A DNA stretch of 64,000 nt from Octopus vulgaris (GCA_951406725.2 OX597818.1:5766001-5830000); one strand, 5' to 3'; shown: positions 12,452-26,053, counted from the stretch's first letter. Made by a program: numbers and translations. The notes: generated from the letters alone by a model not told the origin.

Positions 12452-13662
12452 ATGAGGTCTTGCGTGCGTTTACAAAAAGTGTTGAGGTTTTTATGGTGGT
12501 TTCTTATTGTATAAGATTAAAAGTGTTGTTTTGTAAGATAGTGGAAAAAATATTCTCATTTTTCGTTTTTCAAATGTATCAAACATAATGCCCAAATATA
12601 TTTCTTTATAACAATGTATTATACTCTAATACATGTTTAGAAATTCAGCAAGGAATATAATATAGTGTGTAGGATTTAATTGCTGTAATTTGAAGTGATT
12701 TTTGAACACACACGCACGCACACGCACACATGCACTTAATTGCATGTGTGTATATGTTATTATGAATATACACAGGTGTGTATGGATGTACATATATATG
12801 TGTATATATCGGTGCGTGTGAATGTGTATCTATGTGTAAATGTGGACGTGTATACGAGAGTGCGTGAGTTTTTGTTTTCTATTACAGAAGAACAATTTCA
12901 AATAGAATCTGACGAGAACTACAAAGAATTAATTCATGCGGAATCAGCTTCTTTATTTCTTATTGTCTTATAATCAAAAACAAAGATCCAGTGAAGCCGA
13001 AGCATTGAAAATTATCCTGCATAAATATTCAGTCACGGTATACGGAGGATTATAAAAGAGATGATGGGAAAAATGAATGTTTTAAAGATCTTTAATAAGA
13101 CTAAAAAGCTAGAAATTGTTTGATGCGTCAAAAGATGTAGAGAAAATATCCAGAATTATTGTGTATTCTTTGTATAAAATTTGTTGCTGCGTAGCATCTG
13201 TTCATCGTAGTAACAATGAAATAATGTGCAGGGAATTTTATAACATATTGTTCTTTTTGGAGATTACAAGACTATATTTATTCAAACATTATTTCTACGA
13301 CTTATTGAATTAGCTTCATATTTTTATAATTTTAATCATTTGAAAACATTTGCAAACTGCAGTTGACCACTAGAGGAAAGAAATAGAAATACAAAACTGA
13401 GAAGAGTGTTAGGGTACTAATACCTCCACATTGATGCATGTCAATATAAGACTATGCCAGTTCAAGAGAGGCAACATGTAAGTATGATTACATATATGTA
13501 TTCATGAGATATTTCATAAATTCATATATTGTGTGTGCGTAGATTTTATGTATTTATATGCATATAAATGCGCACATGTATGTATGTATGTATGTATGTA
13601 TGTATGTATGTATGTATGTATGTATGCTTGTAATGTAGGTATGTGTGTGAATGTGTGGGTAT

Positions 13663-13838
13663 CTAGGCACAAAACCCGAAATTTTGAAGAGAGAGCCAGT
13701 CTATTCGATCACCTCTAGTACGCAACTGGTACTTAATTTATCGACCTCGAAAGGATGAAATGCAAAGTCAGAATTAGAACTCAAATCGTAAAGGCAGACG
13801 AAAAACCATTAAGTATTTCGCCCGGCTTGCTAACGTTT
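13663..13838 (-). mobile_element. SINE family B
   Basis: CTGGTACTTAATTTATCGACCTCGAAAGGATGAAATGCAAAGTC is the reverse complement of the family-B core. Confidence 0.8.
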
Positions 13839-13924
13839 GTGTGTGTGTATATATATGTATATATATAAGCATGCGTACATGCATGCATGCATGCATGCAT
13901 GCATATACATACATACATATAAAT

Positions 13925-14380
13925 TCGTTGTCTGACCAATAACTATCCGGAGTGTTTTAATGTTCTACCTCAATGCTGTTGTTTAAAGCAGTGCTTAGAA
14001 GTAGTGTGTAGCGTTTGATCGTCATAACGACTATGAGAGAAAAAGTGGATCAGAGGATCTGCAGGAAATTTTACCAAAAGCATGGCGATACCTGCTCAGA
14101 GACCTACGCGAAGATTTCAATTAGTTATCGTTCTAGGCACAATGAAGGAGATCTTGTGTAACTGAAACCCGAGTTCTCTTTGGGTCAACTGAAAGCAGTT
14201 GTGGCACAAACTTCGTAGACACGCATCCAATACCCAAATCTTCAGTGGTAATGGACTGAACTGAACCGTAATAATCTGCACGTTCTTTGATTACTCATAG
14301 ATGGTGATTCGATGATTTTCCCTCACAGCTGCACTCACATCTGTGATGTTTTTTTCAGTTCTGCTGGCTGCGAATCTCCC
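13925..14380. mobile_element. Mariner remnant with internal inversion
   Basis: Plus strand MREKVDQRICRKFYQKHGDTCSETYAKI (mariner N-terminal HTH) at ~14033-14116, then minus strand VSTKFVPQLLSVDPKRTRVSVTQDLL (cf. VSAKFVPRLL) at ~14225-14135. Confidence 0.7.
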
Positions 14381-14724
14381 ATATATATATATATATATAT
14401 ATATGCATTCACATATACGTATAAACATTCAGTGTTTTCATTAGATTCTATCTCTCTGCTACGATTTGACCTTGTAAACTGATTGAAAGCGCGCGCCTGT
14501 GTATCCCTGAAGGACAGGTGTAATGACGTTACATCCGACTGCCAATGTTAATTCCGGAAAGGAAGACTGGATTAATGAGAAGATATATATTCCGACCAGG
14601 TCAGTGACTTGAGCATAATCGTATGGACTCATTGCTATATCAAATGCGTTCTCCCTATCTGATCTACCCCATGATCTACCATTAAAATCTACTATATATA
14701 CATATATATGTGTTTGTGTGTGTG

Positions 14725-14930
14725 TGTTGGTGTCTGTGTTAGTCCTCCTTGATAACTGATGTTGGTATGTTTGTGTGCCCCTACATTAGTGGTTCGGCAA
14801 AAGAAAATGATAGAATAAGTACTAGTCTTACAAATAATAAGACCTGGGGGCGTTTTCTTCAAGTAAACTGCGCAAGGTGGTACTCCAGAATGTCCACGAT
14901 CAAATGATTGAAACAAGTAAAATAATAAAA

Positions 14931-14932
<2 letters not shown>
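14725..14932 (+). mobile_element. SINE family A, 3' half
   Basis: GTGGTTCGGCAAAAGAAAATGATAGAATAAGTACTAG..GGTGGTACTCCAG..TGATTGAAACAAGTAAA. Confidence 0.75.
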
Positions 14933-14972
<40 letters not shown>

Positions 14973-15179
14973 CCGAATTGAATGATCAAGCATAAATAAG
15001 AATAACAAAACAACAAGAGGACGTGCACATGAATATATTAGTTTGACACTCGCTAAAAAGACGTTTCGTCAGAAATGAAAAAGAGAAGTTCAGAGAAGGA
15101 AAAATATCACTAGCACCACGTGCGTGGTTGCATGGGTGAAGTGACTGGAAGTAGGAGATAAAGTGGAGATTTGGGACAT

Positions 15180-15224
<45 letters not shown>

Positions 15225-17373
15225 CACATATATGTCTATTATAAAATTTCAATAAATATATAAATATACACTCGCATTAAGCATCCCCTGTGCATTAAAC
15301 ATGCATAAGATTATGAAGTGCAAGATTCATGGATATGTTCTATAGTTGTGATATTTACTTAATTTAGTCCTCCATTTCGAAAGATACTAAGGTTCAGTAT
15401 TTACATATATATGTGCATATATGTATATATAGGACATCATTTTCCATTAGCGTTATTTCTACACGTTTTAACTTAATGCTGTCTCATATCTCTAAATCTG
15501 TATTTTGCATGTACCTTGATATTTGTAACAACTGTGCCGCGTTTTTGTCTTAGTGAGTTTCCTTTATGTTCGCAGCAGCATCTTAATGTTGACGCCACGA
15601 GATTAAACATTACAATCGTTAAAAGCGAAACATTTTTATAATTCAATAGTGTTCGTAGCCACTTCAACATGGCGGTTCCGCTCGAACGGATTTTACTGAG
15701 ATTTTTTAACCCCAAGAAGACAACTTCTCTAACTGGTTAAAGATGTAGAGCTGCATCCGATATATTGCGGGCAAGGGAACGAACCCCTACCACATGCTGA
15801 AACGGCTACGAACATAACTTTCTTCTACAACTACTGCGATCCTCTCTTAGAGAGATTTTAGAATACGCTTTTTAGCTTGTTGCAGAATCAGCGACTGCGT
15901 TTCGCTTGAATTTATATATATTGCGAGATATACTGCCATCCCTAGCAGACGAGGTGTTCAGTATTGAAGGGAGGTAGAAATAGCTCTAAACTAGACTGGT
16001 ATGCTGGTCACGTTACTACAAGTTTGTAACGATTCGATCTCTTGCTCGCAATATATGAGATGCAGTTGTGCATTATTAATCAGCTAGAAGAGATCTCCTC
16101 TTGTGGTTAAAAAATTGGTAAGGTCCGTCAAACGGAACAGCCATGTTGAACTGGCTACGAAAATTCCTTGCTAGTGCAACTACTACTATCATCTCTTAGA
16201 GAGATTTTAGAACTAGCTTTTCAGGTTTTTATAATTTTTGAACAATAACTGATGAGGAAAGAGCATGTCCACATCTTGTGTGTGAATTGTTGGCTTATTC
16301 CTTTGTCATTCTTCTGTGCAATCTTTGAATATTATTAATTGATATAACGCCACGCACCCTCCGGTTTATTCCAACCTCCTGGCATTCTATAAAGAGGGTA
16401 ATATTTGCTGCGACGTTTCATTCTTTCTCTTTTACTCTCTGTATTATTTCCTCCACGCTTTCTCTTTTTGCTTCCTGTCTATCATTCCTCTCTCATCACC
16501 TTACTTCTCTGCTACTTTTTTCTGTCTATCCTTTTCATTTCACTCTTCTCCCTCCTTGTCCCTTGTTCTGTGCAATCTCTCCTTTATTCCCTTTCTATCT
16601 GCACTATCACTTCTATCTCTTTCTACATTTTTCTCTCTGTGTTCCCTTCCCCCCTTTACTTTACTCCCATCTCTACAACGGCCATTTTTCCTGTCTTTCA
16701 CAACCAGTTTTCTTTCTCTACTTCCCTTTTAATGTCATTTAGGACGTAATTTTCCTTAGCGTTACAAGTACTCACACCTTGTCTTAACGCTGTCTCATAG
16801 CTGTAAGACATTTGTTTTGTATGAATATTTATATTTCTACCAACTACGTGTGCATTTTCGTTGTTCGTCACCGTTATTTGCGTTCACTCATTTACCCCTA
16901 GTATGTTTTGGCTTTTGATGCCATCGAAATAAACATTGTGATGGTTCAAGACGTAAAATTATGATTTTTGGACGATAACTGATGAAAAACCTTATGTGCA
17001 CATCTTGTATATGAATTTTCCCCTTCTAGTTCTTCATTGCAAATTTTTTTTTTACCCCAAAGCCTGTCCCAAGCTCGGTTAGAAAATGGGGAGAGTTGTG
17101 CGTAAGGTAACAAGAAGAGCAGGCACGGGTAGTTTACAGGACATAATGACTAAGTGGCAGACATGTTTACCTGGCCATGTGCTTCAATTTACAGAAGCAA
17201 AGACATGCTGAAATTATGATGAAGAGGGAGGAAAGCAAAGGAAGATGTGGTGCAGTACTGTCCGGAACGACACGATATCGCCGGGAGTTAGCCCGAATGA
17301 AGCCAGGAAGAACAATCGGTATGTCTGAAGAAAACTCGCTGTTCTTGTGCTGACGGTAGAGAAACTAAAAGCT

Positions 17374-17407
<34 letters not shown>

Positions 17408-17506
17408 TATAGCTATGTGGTGTGGAACAGGAAAAATAGAATGCAATGTATGAGTGTATATATAACGCACGAAAATCTGTGACTTCTGAAAGTTCTTAAG
17501 TTCTGC

Positions 17507-17554
<48 letters not shown>

Positions 17555-18428
17555 ATATATATAAATACATACATAAATATATATATATGTGTGTGTGCAC
17601 ACGCGCATACATGCGTATGCATATAAACTGGTTTTAAGATGAAACTGCCATGTAATATTTATGGCATAAAATGTAGAAATAGGTCGATAACGCTCAACTG
17701 AATGAAGTGTATTCTTTTGACGTATATGAGAGTAAGTTACTAGATATGTTTGATTAGTTTGCATTACTACAACATATCCTACATTCACCATATCAAATTA
17801 TTTTAAACAGTGGAATTCTTTTAATGGCTTGAAAATTCAATTAAATGAGATTATCACACTTAAGAAGAGCCTTCTCTTTGTAGAGCTATTCTCCAAATTG
17901 TCTTAGCGATACTAAATTAATTTATTATTCAATGGTTTGATATCTGCGGGTTGCTTTATAAACAAAGTCTGCTATTGAAACGTAGCAAACCATCCCTTGT
18001 TTGCCTCGTCTTTGAATGCTTTTCATGTCGGACAAGAGATCTCCTCCATATTATTTAGATCTAAGCAAAACATAGCATTAACAGCGAATAAAGAATTTGA
18101 TCCTCCTCGCAATAATATTTCTAGTAACTATAATGAATCTTTCTATTTATCGAACCGAGTTCGACATTTAGGATGCTGAAACGTGTGTGTGTATTTGTGT
18201 GTTTTTGTCTGTGTATGTGAGGGCGGGTGGCCTAATAGCGTTTCATACGATCGCCAGATCATGCTTTTCATTCCTGACCAGGCGGCGCATTTTGTGCTCG
18301 AGTTAAAAAAAACCCAAAAAACTCACGTTCCTCTGCTGGTGAGAATGTGACATAAATGTTCATACTTCCAGTCCTGTAGAAGGCAACGGAAAACCAATTC
18401 AGAATTCACTCTAAGACTAATCATTGTA

Positions 18429-19701
18429 CGAGGGACGTTCAATAAGTAATGCCTCTGACCCACTTGCAGTTGTTTGATCTAGCTGAAATTTTGCATGTGC
18501 AATCATTTATAACTCTATAGAGTAAGTAGCAAATTACAGCTCTGATTTACAGGTGTTTGAACCGAGTCAAGTGTGAAATGAAGCCTGTTGAGTGTCGAGC
18601 AGTGATCCGGTTTTTGTATTTGAAAGGACGCACACCACGGGAGACTTTTGATGAAATGAAAGTAACTTATGGTGATGATGCCCCATCATATGACCTTGTA
18701 AAACGCTGGCATCGTGAATTCAAATATGGTCGGAACTCTGTGGAAACAGCTCCCAGATCTGGTCGCCCCCTTCTGCCATTGATGAGGCATCTGTCCGTCA
18801 AGTTGAGGCTGTCATTTTGGAAGATCGACGCATAACTATTCGCCAAATAGCCCATGAGGTCAAGATTAGTACCAGGTCTGTGGAAACTATCATTCATGAC
18901 CATTTGCATATGCAAAAGGTGTCTGCCAGATGGATTCCCAGGTTGCTCACGCCTTTCCAGAAGCAAGAACGCGTCGAGTGCTCGAGGGTGAATTTGGAGA
19001 TGTGCCAAGAAGATGAGTCAAAATTTTTCAAAAGACTGATTACACAGGATCAAACCTGGGTCCATCACGATGATCCAGAGACCAAAGTCCAGTCAATGCA
19101 GTGGAAGCACCGTGACTCACCCCCTCCAAAGAAGGCAAGGGTGCAGCCCTCCGCTGGCAAAGTCATGCTCACAGTCTTTTGGGACCAGGACGGAGTAGTG
19201 ATGACAGATTTCCTGGCAAAGAGTACCACAATTGCAGGAGCCTATTATGCTTCACTTTTGAGGAAATTAAGAGAAGTTATCAAAATCAAGAGGCGGGGCA
19301 AGATCAGCAAAGGCATCCTCCTCCTGCAGGACAACGCTCCGGTCCACAACTCGCTTGTCGCCAGATCAGAAGCACAGGCGCATGGCTATGAACTCATCCC
19401 CATCCCCCCTACTTTCCTGACCTTGCACCCTCTGATTTTCACCTCTTCCCAATCATGAAGTTGTTTTTGAAAGGAAAGCGTTTCCCAGATGATGCAGCCT
19501 TGATTTCTGAAGTCACGTTGAGGTTGGAGGACCAAGCTGGGTTCTTCTACAAAAACGGTCTCCAGAGCCGCATCAAACGATGGGAGAAATGCGTAACTCT
19601 GGGTGGTTCCTATGTAGAAAAAGAATAATAACTGTGCCAAGTTTCGTTGCTCTACTGCTATGGGAAGTGGGTCAGGGGCATTACTTATTGAACGCCCCTC
19701 G
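18429..19701 (+). mobile_element. Full-length mariner (DD34D) transposon with TIRs and TA target-site duplication
   Basis: TA|CGAGGGACGTTCAATAAGTAATGCCTCTGACCCACTT ... AAGTGGGTCAGGGGCATTACTTATTGAACGCCCCTCG|TA; ~1.27 kb; transposase inside. Confidence 0.97.
18578..19628 (+). pseudogene. Mariner transposase with two frameshifts
   Basis: MKPVECRAVIRFLYLKG..APRSGRP / VSARWIPRLL, ITQDQTW, LLQDNAPVH / YFPDLAPSDFHLFP..GGSYVEKE*. Frame breaks near 18775 and 19400. Confidence 0.93.
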
Positions 19702-19711
19702 TAGCGTATCT

Positions 19712-19880
19712 TATATTTTTGACTTGTTTCAGTAATTAGACTGCGGTCATACTGGGGCATCACCTTGAAATTTGAATCGAATGAATCGAGCTAGTACATG
19801 TCTTTGTTTGGCCCGGGGCTATAGTAGATGACACTTGCCAAGATGCCATGCAGCGTGACTTAACTCGGAATCATGCGGGG
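19712..19880 (-). mobile_element. SINE family A, internally deleted
   Basis: ACTTGTTTCAGT..GACTGCGGTCATACTGG and GGCCCGGGGCTATAGTAGATGACACTTGCC are reverse complements of the family-A 3' and 5' parts. Confidence 0.7.
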
Positions 19881-20257
19881 TATAAACATATCTTATAGCT
19901 CGCGGGCTGCTTCTCATTCATATTGGCATGTTTTCCGTGTATGAAACATACCAGTACATGGGTCTCACAACATTTTGCATATTGTAATAGACCGCCATTT
20001 AGTTTGCATCTGGTCACTTTTCGGGTACGTCGTATTGACAAATCACAAAAATGATGAAGTATTGATGTCTACCGCACTTGTAACGGGTTCTGTTGTGAAT
20101 CAATTCGCCTGTCTATGACTTCCAGGTGCCTTAATACCAGGCGAATTGATTAATTTACGCCTATAAATTACAGCCTGCCGTCGGACTGGAAAAACACAGG
20201 CATTGCGTATGTATGTTGGATACTTTCTATATCCCACGGGCTATTTTTATTTCATAT

Positions 20258-20326
<69 letters not shown>

Positions 20327-21031
20327 CGCACTTCAATGCATCTTTAATACAGTTCGTATCCGTTACTAACGCAATATCATCGTTAATAACGTTATCCAAC
20401 ATTTATATCTAGTGAAAATTTAGCCCCATTTCATTGTCATTATTGCCACACTTTTTAATGCAAACCGAATGATACAATTACATTTTGTGTTTATAGATAA
20501 TATGCAGTTTCGTAATCGACTATTGTTTCATACAAAATATAAGTGAAGCGAAGCAACCGATATTGGATATTTAATAGAAAAGTAATCTTAATGCTAATCA
20601 TATTTCAAAGAAAAATGTTGAAAGTAATTTACCGTTATTAAAACAATGGCATACCAGTTCTTAATAGAACGTCGGGAGAGCATGCAATAGTTGAAAACGT
20701 AAAATTCTAAGCAGACAGTTTAAAATGAAGTATTGCCGAGCAGTAATTAACAGACCGTTCATTTAATATTGAAAAAAAAACCCAAATAGGTATAAATAAA
20801 GAAAATTAACCGAAAATAAGAGAATGAAACATAAGCTGTACTAATAACAGTGAACCCTTCTGATGAAAATGTTTTAACACATTAGCAAATGAAATAGAAA
20901 ACAATATATTTTTATTAATGAGATCAATAGTTTGTATAAAAGAGGTTATTGTATATAATCACGCATGCGTGAACGGAAGTCCATAATAAACTCATTTTTC
21001 TTTGAAAATATAGCGAAGATATTTATATATA

Positions 21032-21282
21032 CTAGCATAATGTCCCCCCTCCGGGTGATTTTTTGCTGGCCCCTTGATAATATTTTCACATTTGATTCCC
21101 ATTTCTAATGATTTTTATATTTCTCGGGTATTTATTTTTGTTTAATTGCTTCCATTATTTTCACACTCATCATCTCTCATTTTTAAACATCACGCTAATC
21201 CAACAACAGAGGGTGTAGCAGTTTGTCAAGTTTTATCTTCCCCTCAAAGATTTCAAATCAGCAGCCCATCTGTGAGCTTTGC

Positions 21283-21353
<71 letters not shown>

Positions 21354-21960
21354 AACATTGCAAACAGTGAATGACATAATAATGAAGGGAAAAAATTGTA
21401 TAAATAAAAGGGCATTACTACAGATGTATACGCCCCCGATTTTGTTGTCTCATAACATACAGAAACACGAATACTTTTTAACAAAATTTTCTACAAATTC
21501 TGCTTAGATGTTTTTGCGAGAGCATGAAGAGAGGAGTTTCAGAAAATTCACACGATCTGAATGTTTTCCCTCATAAATTTCAGGAAGATGGCCATCTTTT
21601 AATCAAAATTTATATAAATCCCTTTTATTACTATTATAAAGAAATTTGTGAGGCAAATTTTTTCGGGGATTTTCCACATTTTTTAAAACCACAGCCATCG
21701 AAATGATGGGGTTCGTGTGGGGGTTGCACTTTTGTACGAAAACGTTTTCAAAACTCTTTCTTTTTACACCCCTCCCTCCCTCATCATCCCACTATTTTGG
21801 CTATTTTTTTTGCACTTCAAAAACATGGGAAGAGAGTTTTCGGTAAAAAATTTTATAACTGTTAATATTTTTAGAGGAAAAAGAGCGATTTGGCTGTTGC
21901 TTCTAGCACATCCAAAGGCAACACTCCTCATTTCTTTATCACTCTCTCATTTATTGATGA
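21032..21960 (-). mobile_element. Helitron-like non-autonomous repeat
   Basis: Minus strand ends in a GC-rich patch plus CTAG|T next to (TA)n. 21700-21910 resembles ~1110-1365. Confidence 0.35.
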
Positions 21961-22171
21961 TTTTCAATATTTTCCCCCATGAATTCAGTTATATGCTATA
22001 AAAAAGAAAATTTGAGAAATTATGAATTTTTGCAACCTCACTCCTGCCCCAGATTGTTTCTATTTAGGAATTAAAATATTTACGAGCCCGAGACGGTCAT
22101 TGCTGGCATTTATCCACAGTGACTTTAAAAGATTACAGAGATGTACTTATATAGATCGTGTGCTGAGAGAA

Positions 22172-22312
22172 AAAAGTGGCAACGTGGAAGATGTATATAA
22201 ACCATTCAAGGACATACAAAAATCATTAGTTTCACTTCAACATTAGAACTTCATTTGTGTCAAAATATTTGCTTCGCTTTCAAACCGTGACCTGTTCACA
22301 GATAAAACTTCA
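22172..22312 (-). mobile_element. Decayed copy of the PLE-terminus-like family seen at 25972-26170
   Basis: CGTGGAAG..TTCACTTCAACATT..TGTCAAAATATTT..GACCTGTTCAC is shared with 25980-26100. Confidence 0.65.
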
Positions 22313-24050
22313 CAGAAGTGATTCACCTCGAAGTTTTCAGTGTACAGCACACACGCACACACACAGACGCATGCACGTGCACACACTCACACAAACATTC
22401 ATTGCCTTTCATTTGTGTGTATGTGTATCCTTGTGTGTGTGAGAGAGACTGTGAATTGGTGTGTGTGTGCGTGTGTGTGTGTGATTGTGTGAGTGTGTGT
22501 GTGCGTGTCACTACTGAAGTTGTGTTTGGAAATTGTGAATAAGGTGCAAGTTTCGAGCAGATGTTGATAATTTTTGCTTTTTTTCTCCTCATCTTAGGCT
22601 GTTCTCACAGCTATCCCGCGTTCAAAATCTACACGGTTACTTAAAAAAAAATTAATTCAATAAATAATGTTTGTATATTACGTACACATTCATAGCGAAT
22701 TAAAATTTAAAAGTGAAAATGAGAGACTTTGCAAATGAAAATAGAATACTCCGCAGTAAATGCAATGAATATTTAAATTTGAGATGAATTGGACGCAATG
22801 AATATTTAAATTTGGGAGAAATTGGAGTTTAAAAAATTCAATAAACTTGAGAAATTTAAATTATGGGACATTCCTTAGAACGTGATTTTATAAAAATATT
22901 GCCAGAGGGTCAACCTTTAATAATTGCTTATTTTAATACTTTTAGTAATTGTTACATACATAAGTAACAAGCAGCTTTCTCCATTATAGTATAGATGTGC
23001 CTGAGAGAGTTTTAGACTTAACCTGTTAAGGAAGGGTGCCAGGCTAGACTTTGACAAAGGAAATATATACTAAATTGTTACTCAAAATTTAAAACGCTGT
23101 CCGAATACAAAGATGTTATTTATAACCTCCCGAATTAGAAATAAGTTTGAAGTACAAAGTACTGTTCAGGTTATCAACAAAGAATGTTTCGAAAGACCAA
23201 AGATATTGTCATACCTAAAAAATAAGAAATTTTACAAGAAATGTATTGTCAGAATTCAATAAATTTGTGCGGCATGCAGGTAGGATAGACATTTCAAAAT
23301 CAAGAATTTTCAATATTCTTCATAGTGACGAAGTTACATATGAAGAATGGGACTCAATCCATCGGCTGTGTTGCATTTAGTGGTAGGCTGAGAATACATA
23401 CTGCGGTTGGAAATTATGTTATGTTACCCTGATTTACTGTATGGCGATTCTCATATCTGAAATGATGAATCGCAACTTTCCTTTTGGTAGGAACTGTGAC
23501 AAAATATAATATCAAACATTGAAAAGAATTTAGAAAATGTGAAGTTTGATATGCAGCAAGATGGGAAACACCCACAGTACCAAAAAATAAAAGGACCAAC
23601 GTTGGTGAGATTTTGCCAATCAGATGTAAGGGACGAAGGGGTCCAATAGTATACACACCACATTCATCGGCCTTCACACCATTAAAAGTTTTTGTGGTGA
23701 TATTTAAAGATAAGATTTACTGTACAAAATCGGAAAATAGTGAAGTGAGGGTAGTCAGTGAAAGGAAATCGTCAAAAATCCGGAATATGTTTTGATGTTC
23801 GCAATTCCATTTCTATGCGTTATCAGAAGTACCTGCACTAGAACCGTCATCACTTTACACACACAGGCTTTTATAGAAAAAGTTAAGTCCTGTATCTAGA
23901 TTTTAGTAAATTTTGAAAATGTACGTTAATAAACGGTGAGTTTATAATCATATACTTATGTGTATACACTTTAGGGGCACACCTTGTGGTTATGTATATA
24001 TGCATGTATGTTGCATATATGTATGCATATATATATATATGAATATATAC

Positions 24051-24087
<37 letters not shown>

Positions 24088-24089
<2 letters not shown>

Positions 24090-24830
24090 AAAAGCAATAA
24101 AGATTCAAGTTAATTTAAATGAATTTACTTGAATATGGTACCTAACTTAGATGCACCAAAACAAAAACTATACTGATTTAACAATACAGTAATGTGGGGT
24201 GATTATAATCGAGAAAGAAGCAACAAGAATGGATAGGTTTTTAGTACAATCGTTTCATACAAGGACAGGCTTTATTAAAAGTTGCAAAAATTACAGCATA
24301 TAAACGTGTCCCGTACTCATCAGCTAAAATACATGTAAGTTCTCTAGACATCCTAGTGGTTGAGGCTATACTCATGAAGTAATGTAGATAATTAAGTAAC
24401 ATAAACAGATTTCCAAAGTTCATTAAAGTTCTTTAAAGATGATGTACAGTCTTATCACAGAATTTTAAAAAAGTTTTAATAGCATCACAGAGAAATTGAC
24501 CTAATCCATAGTGCACATATGAATTTCCAGAGATATGATGAGGGATTACATACTCACAGAAGACAAATTTATCCATTGTTAATTACAACGAAGTGGGTTT
24601 CAATTCCTGCTTATTAGCATTACAGAGAGGGTGAATTAATCCTTTGTATAGATGCACAATTTCCAATGGTGTAGATGTAAATTTCTAGAGAAATGAAGAG
24701 GAATTTCATATTCACAGGCGATAAATTTATCAATGGTTGAACACAATGAGGTAGGTATCAGTTCTTGTTATATGATTAGGTATTTGCCACATTAATCACA
24801 TTACTGCTATTTACAAGAGGCTGTAGCTAT
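24088..24830 (-). mobile_element. PLE-like 3' terminal fragment with hammerhead
   Basis: Abuts (TA)n and shares TGAATATGGTAC..GCACCA..GGGGT.ATTATAATC with 28410-28500. Contains a canonical hammerhead core. Confidence 0.55.
24239..24329 (-). ncRNA. Minimal type I hammerhead ribozyme (canonical core)
   Basis: Minus strand: UUUUAG-CUGAUGA-GUACGGGACA...UGUCCUUGUAU-GAAA-CGAUUG-UA-CUAAAA. Stem I is 6 bp, stem II is long and stem III is near-palindromic. Confidence 0.85.
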
Positions 24831-25060
24831 TTAACTTTTAAAGGCTGAAGGGCTTTCTAGAGCGGCAAGGAATAGAAAAGGGAAGGGAATAGAAGAAAAG
24901 AGAGAAAATAAAGGAGGAGGGAGCAAAAGGGGGGGGAGAGGGACTAAAAGAGAAGAGAAAAGGAAAAAGAGAATAAGAAGAAGGAAAAGAAAAAAAGAGA
25001 AAAGAGAAAGAAATAGGGAAAGAAGGGAAAAAGAAAAAGAAAAAAAAGAGGGTTCTAGTT

Positions 25061-25097
<37 letters not shown>

Positions 25098-25099
<2 letters not shown>

Positions 25100-25257
25100 C
25101 GCGGGAGTGGGTTTGAGGTAAGAAGCTTGCTTCGCAACCACAGGGTTCCTGTTTCAGTCCCAGTGCGTAGCACCTTTGGCAACTGTCTTCCACTTCAGCT
25201 TCGGGCCGACCAAAGACTTGTGAGTGAGTTTGGTAGACGGAACTGAAAAAGCCTATC

Positions 25258-25260
<3 letters not shown>
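25098..25260 (+). mobile_element. SINE family A, 5' half
   Basis: GGCGCGGGAGTGG..GGTAAGAAGCTTGCTT..TTCAGTCCCA..TCGGGCCGACCAAAG..TTTGGTAGACGGAACTGAAA. Confidence 0.85.
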
Positions 25261-25340
<80 letters not shown>

Positions 25341-25923
25341 GCCATGCATAGATGAGGAAAATAATTTGATTGGAATATTTTATGTAATATCAGGTTCATT
25401 ATGATTTGTATAATTATTAAACGATTACATTTCCCTCATTAGATATCGAAATTTATCCCAAAGTTAAGCATCTGCCATAATAGGGGCAAATAATTTGAAT
25501 TGCTTAATTAATGAAATTCAGATATTATAACTTAAATTTCCTTCCACCAATACTCTGAGTAGGAAAAGAGTAGTGTTTAGACTTACACATCGTTCTGCAT
25601 GATGATAATGCGCAGTTCCAAACAAGATTATTTTAAAGTAATATAAACCTTAGTTGGGGAAAAATGCATACCATTATTACTCGCCACCTCTTGCACCATC
25701 TGCTTACGAATTATTTTGAATTTTACAGATTGATCATCATGGGATAATTTTCAGACATCTGAATATTGGAAACTAGCATTCTTTTGCAGGAAGTGAATGC
25801 AATTTTTCACAGAAATATTAAGATACTTAGTTAGGAGGGTGTCAGTGACAATGATTGGTAATTATGGTCATGAATTAATTTTAATAGAATATAGAATTAA
25901 GAGCTCTTTTCTTCATACGTATG

Positions 25924-25972
<49 letters not shown>

Positions 25973-26053
25973 CAATTGCAGCGTGGAAGGTGTTTGTATG
26001 CCATTTAAGAAACACACAAAAGCCGTTCGATTCACTTCAACATTTAAGTTTAA

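Noticed and set aside
12890-13100. Plus-strand exon after the TTTCTATTACAG acceptor-like site
   Set aside because: No sustained open frame or matching donor was found.
22620-23900. Possible Helitron internal region sharing short similarity with ~2640-3130
   Set aside because: The similarity is limited to short patches and no Rep or helicase motif could be read.
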